DNA of 64,000 bases from a virus (Duplodnaviria; Caudoviricetes): positions 1 to 64,000 of the IMG/VR virus record IMGVR_UViG_2706796489_000001. One strand, written 5' to 3'. Numbering within the stretch: the first letter of the stretch is position 1; each line of letters begins with the position of its first letter. The position numbers and the translations under genes are program-made. Positions 63,729 to 64,000 of this stretch are shown piece after piece. A model generated the notes under the pieces. That model was not told where the DNA came from, did no database searches, and was given only the letters and a program-made list of their open reading frames with translations.

Positions 63729-64000
63729 CGTCGTCTTCCCCGATGAGTGCCGAGGGATAGTCGGCACGCGGCACTTCGCTCTGGTCATCGTAGTCCGGCG
63801 TGCCGTCGTTGATGTAGACCATCGCGGTCTTGAGCGCCTGCCGGCCTTCCAGGATCTCGGCTTCGCGCTCGACCCAGCGGTCAGGGTTGATCTCGTCCAC
63901 GATGTGACGGCGCACCAGCGTGGACAGGTAGCGCGGCTCCAGCGCGTCCAGTTCCCAGGACGATTCACCGAATTGCTCGGCGTAGCTTTCGAACCGGGCA
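63706..64000 (-). CDS. 3' end of a gene running off the window; possible Toprim-like protein
   Basis: Frame open to the window edge: ARFESYAEQFGESSWELDALEPRYLSTLV... Confidence 0.55.
   Translation of the reverse strand, partial: ARFESYAEQFGESSWELDALEPRYLSTLVRRHIVDEINPDRWVEREAEILEGRQALKTAMVYINDGTPDYDDQSEVPRADYPSALIGEDDDDEDDED

Overview
The window is most of a tailed dsDNA phage genome. It looks high-GC (not computed) and has a siphovirus-type, lambda-like tail tip. The host is probably a Gram-negative proteobacterium, given the Rz/Rz1 spanins and sigma70-like promoters. No integrase is visible, so it is probably lytic. Layout: (i) 1-6.2 kb holds a structured left region with two leftward unknown genes, two HNH-AP2 endonucleases and a Prim-Pol/SF3 primase-helicase. 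(ii) 6.3-37.8 kb on the + strand is the late module: GpA-type terminase, portal, protease/scaffold, capsid, neck, tail tube, frameshifted chaperone, tape measure with a lytic transglycosylase domain, tail tip, tail fibre, lysis cassette and a second adsorption-like module. (iii) 37.8-64 kb on the - strand encodes an SGNH esterase, nucleotide metabolism genes (dNMP kinase, ThyX, MazG, HD hydrolase), SbcCD, a resolvase, ligase, family A polymerase, 5'-3' exonuclease, a probable SSB, an SF2 helicase, an unusual tRNA-Lys(CUU) and small early genes. Best candidate for an undescribed system: a tail fibre ending in NCNCDCNCNCS fused to a Hint autoprocessing domain, translationally coupled to an unknown protein and a complete radical SAM/SPASM enzyme, which suggests RiPP-like post-translational maturation of a virion fibre. 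Also notable are a ~185-nt multibranched structured element closed by an 18-bp perfect inverted repeat (54.9-55.1 kb) and a tRNA-Lys with a 16-nt hairpin inserted in its T-stem. All family calls come from motif recognition by eye; no database searches were run.
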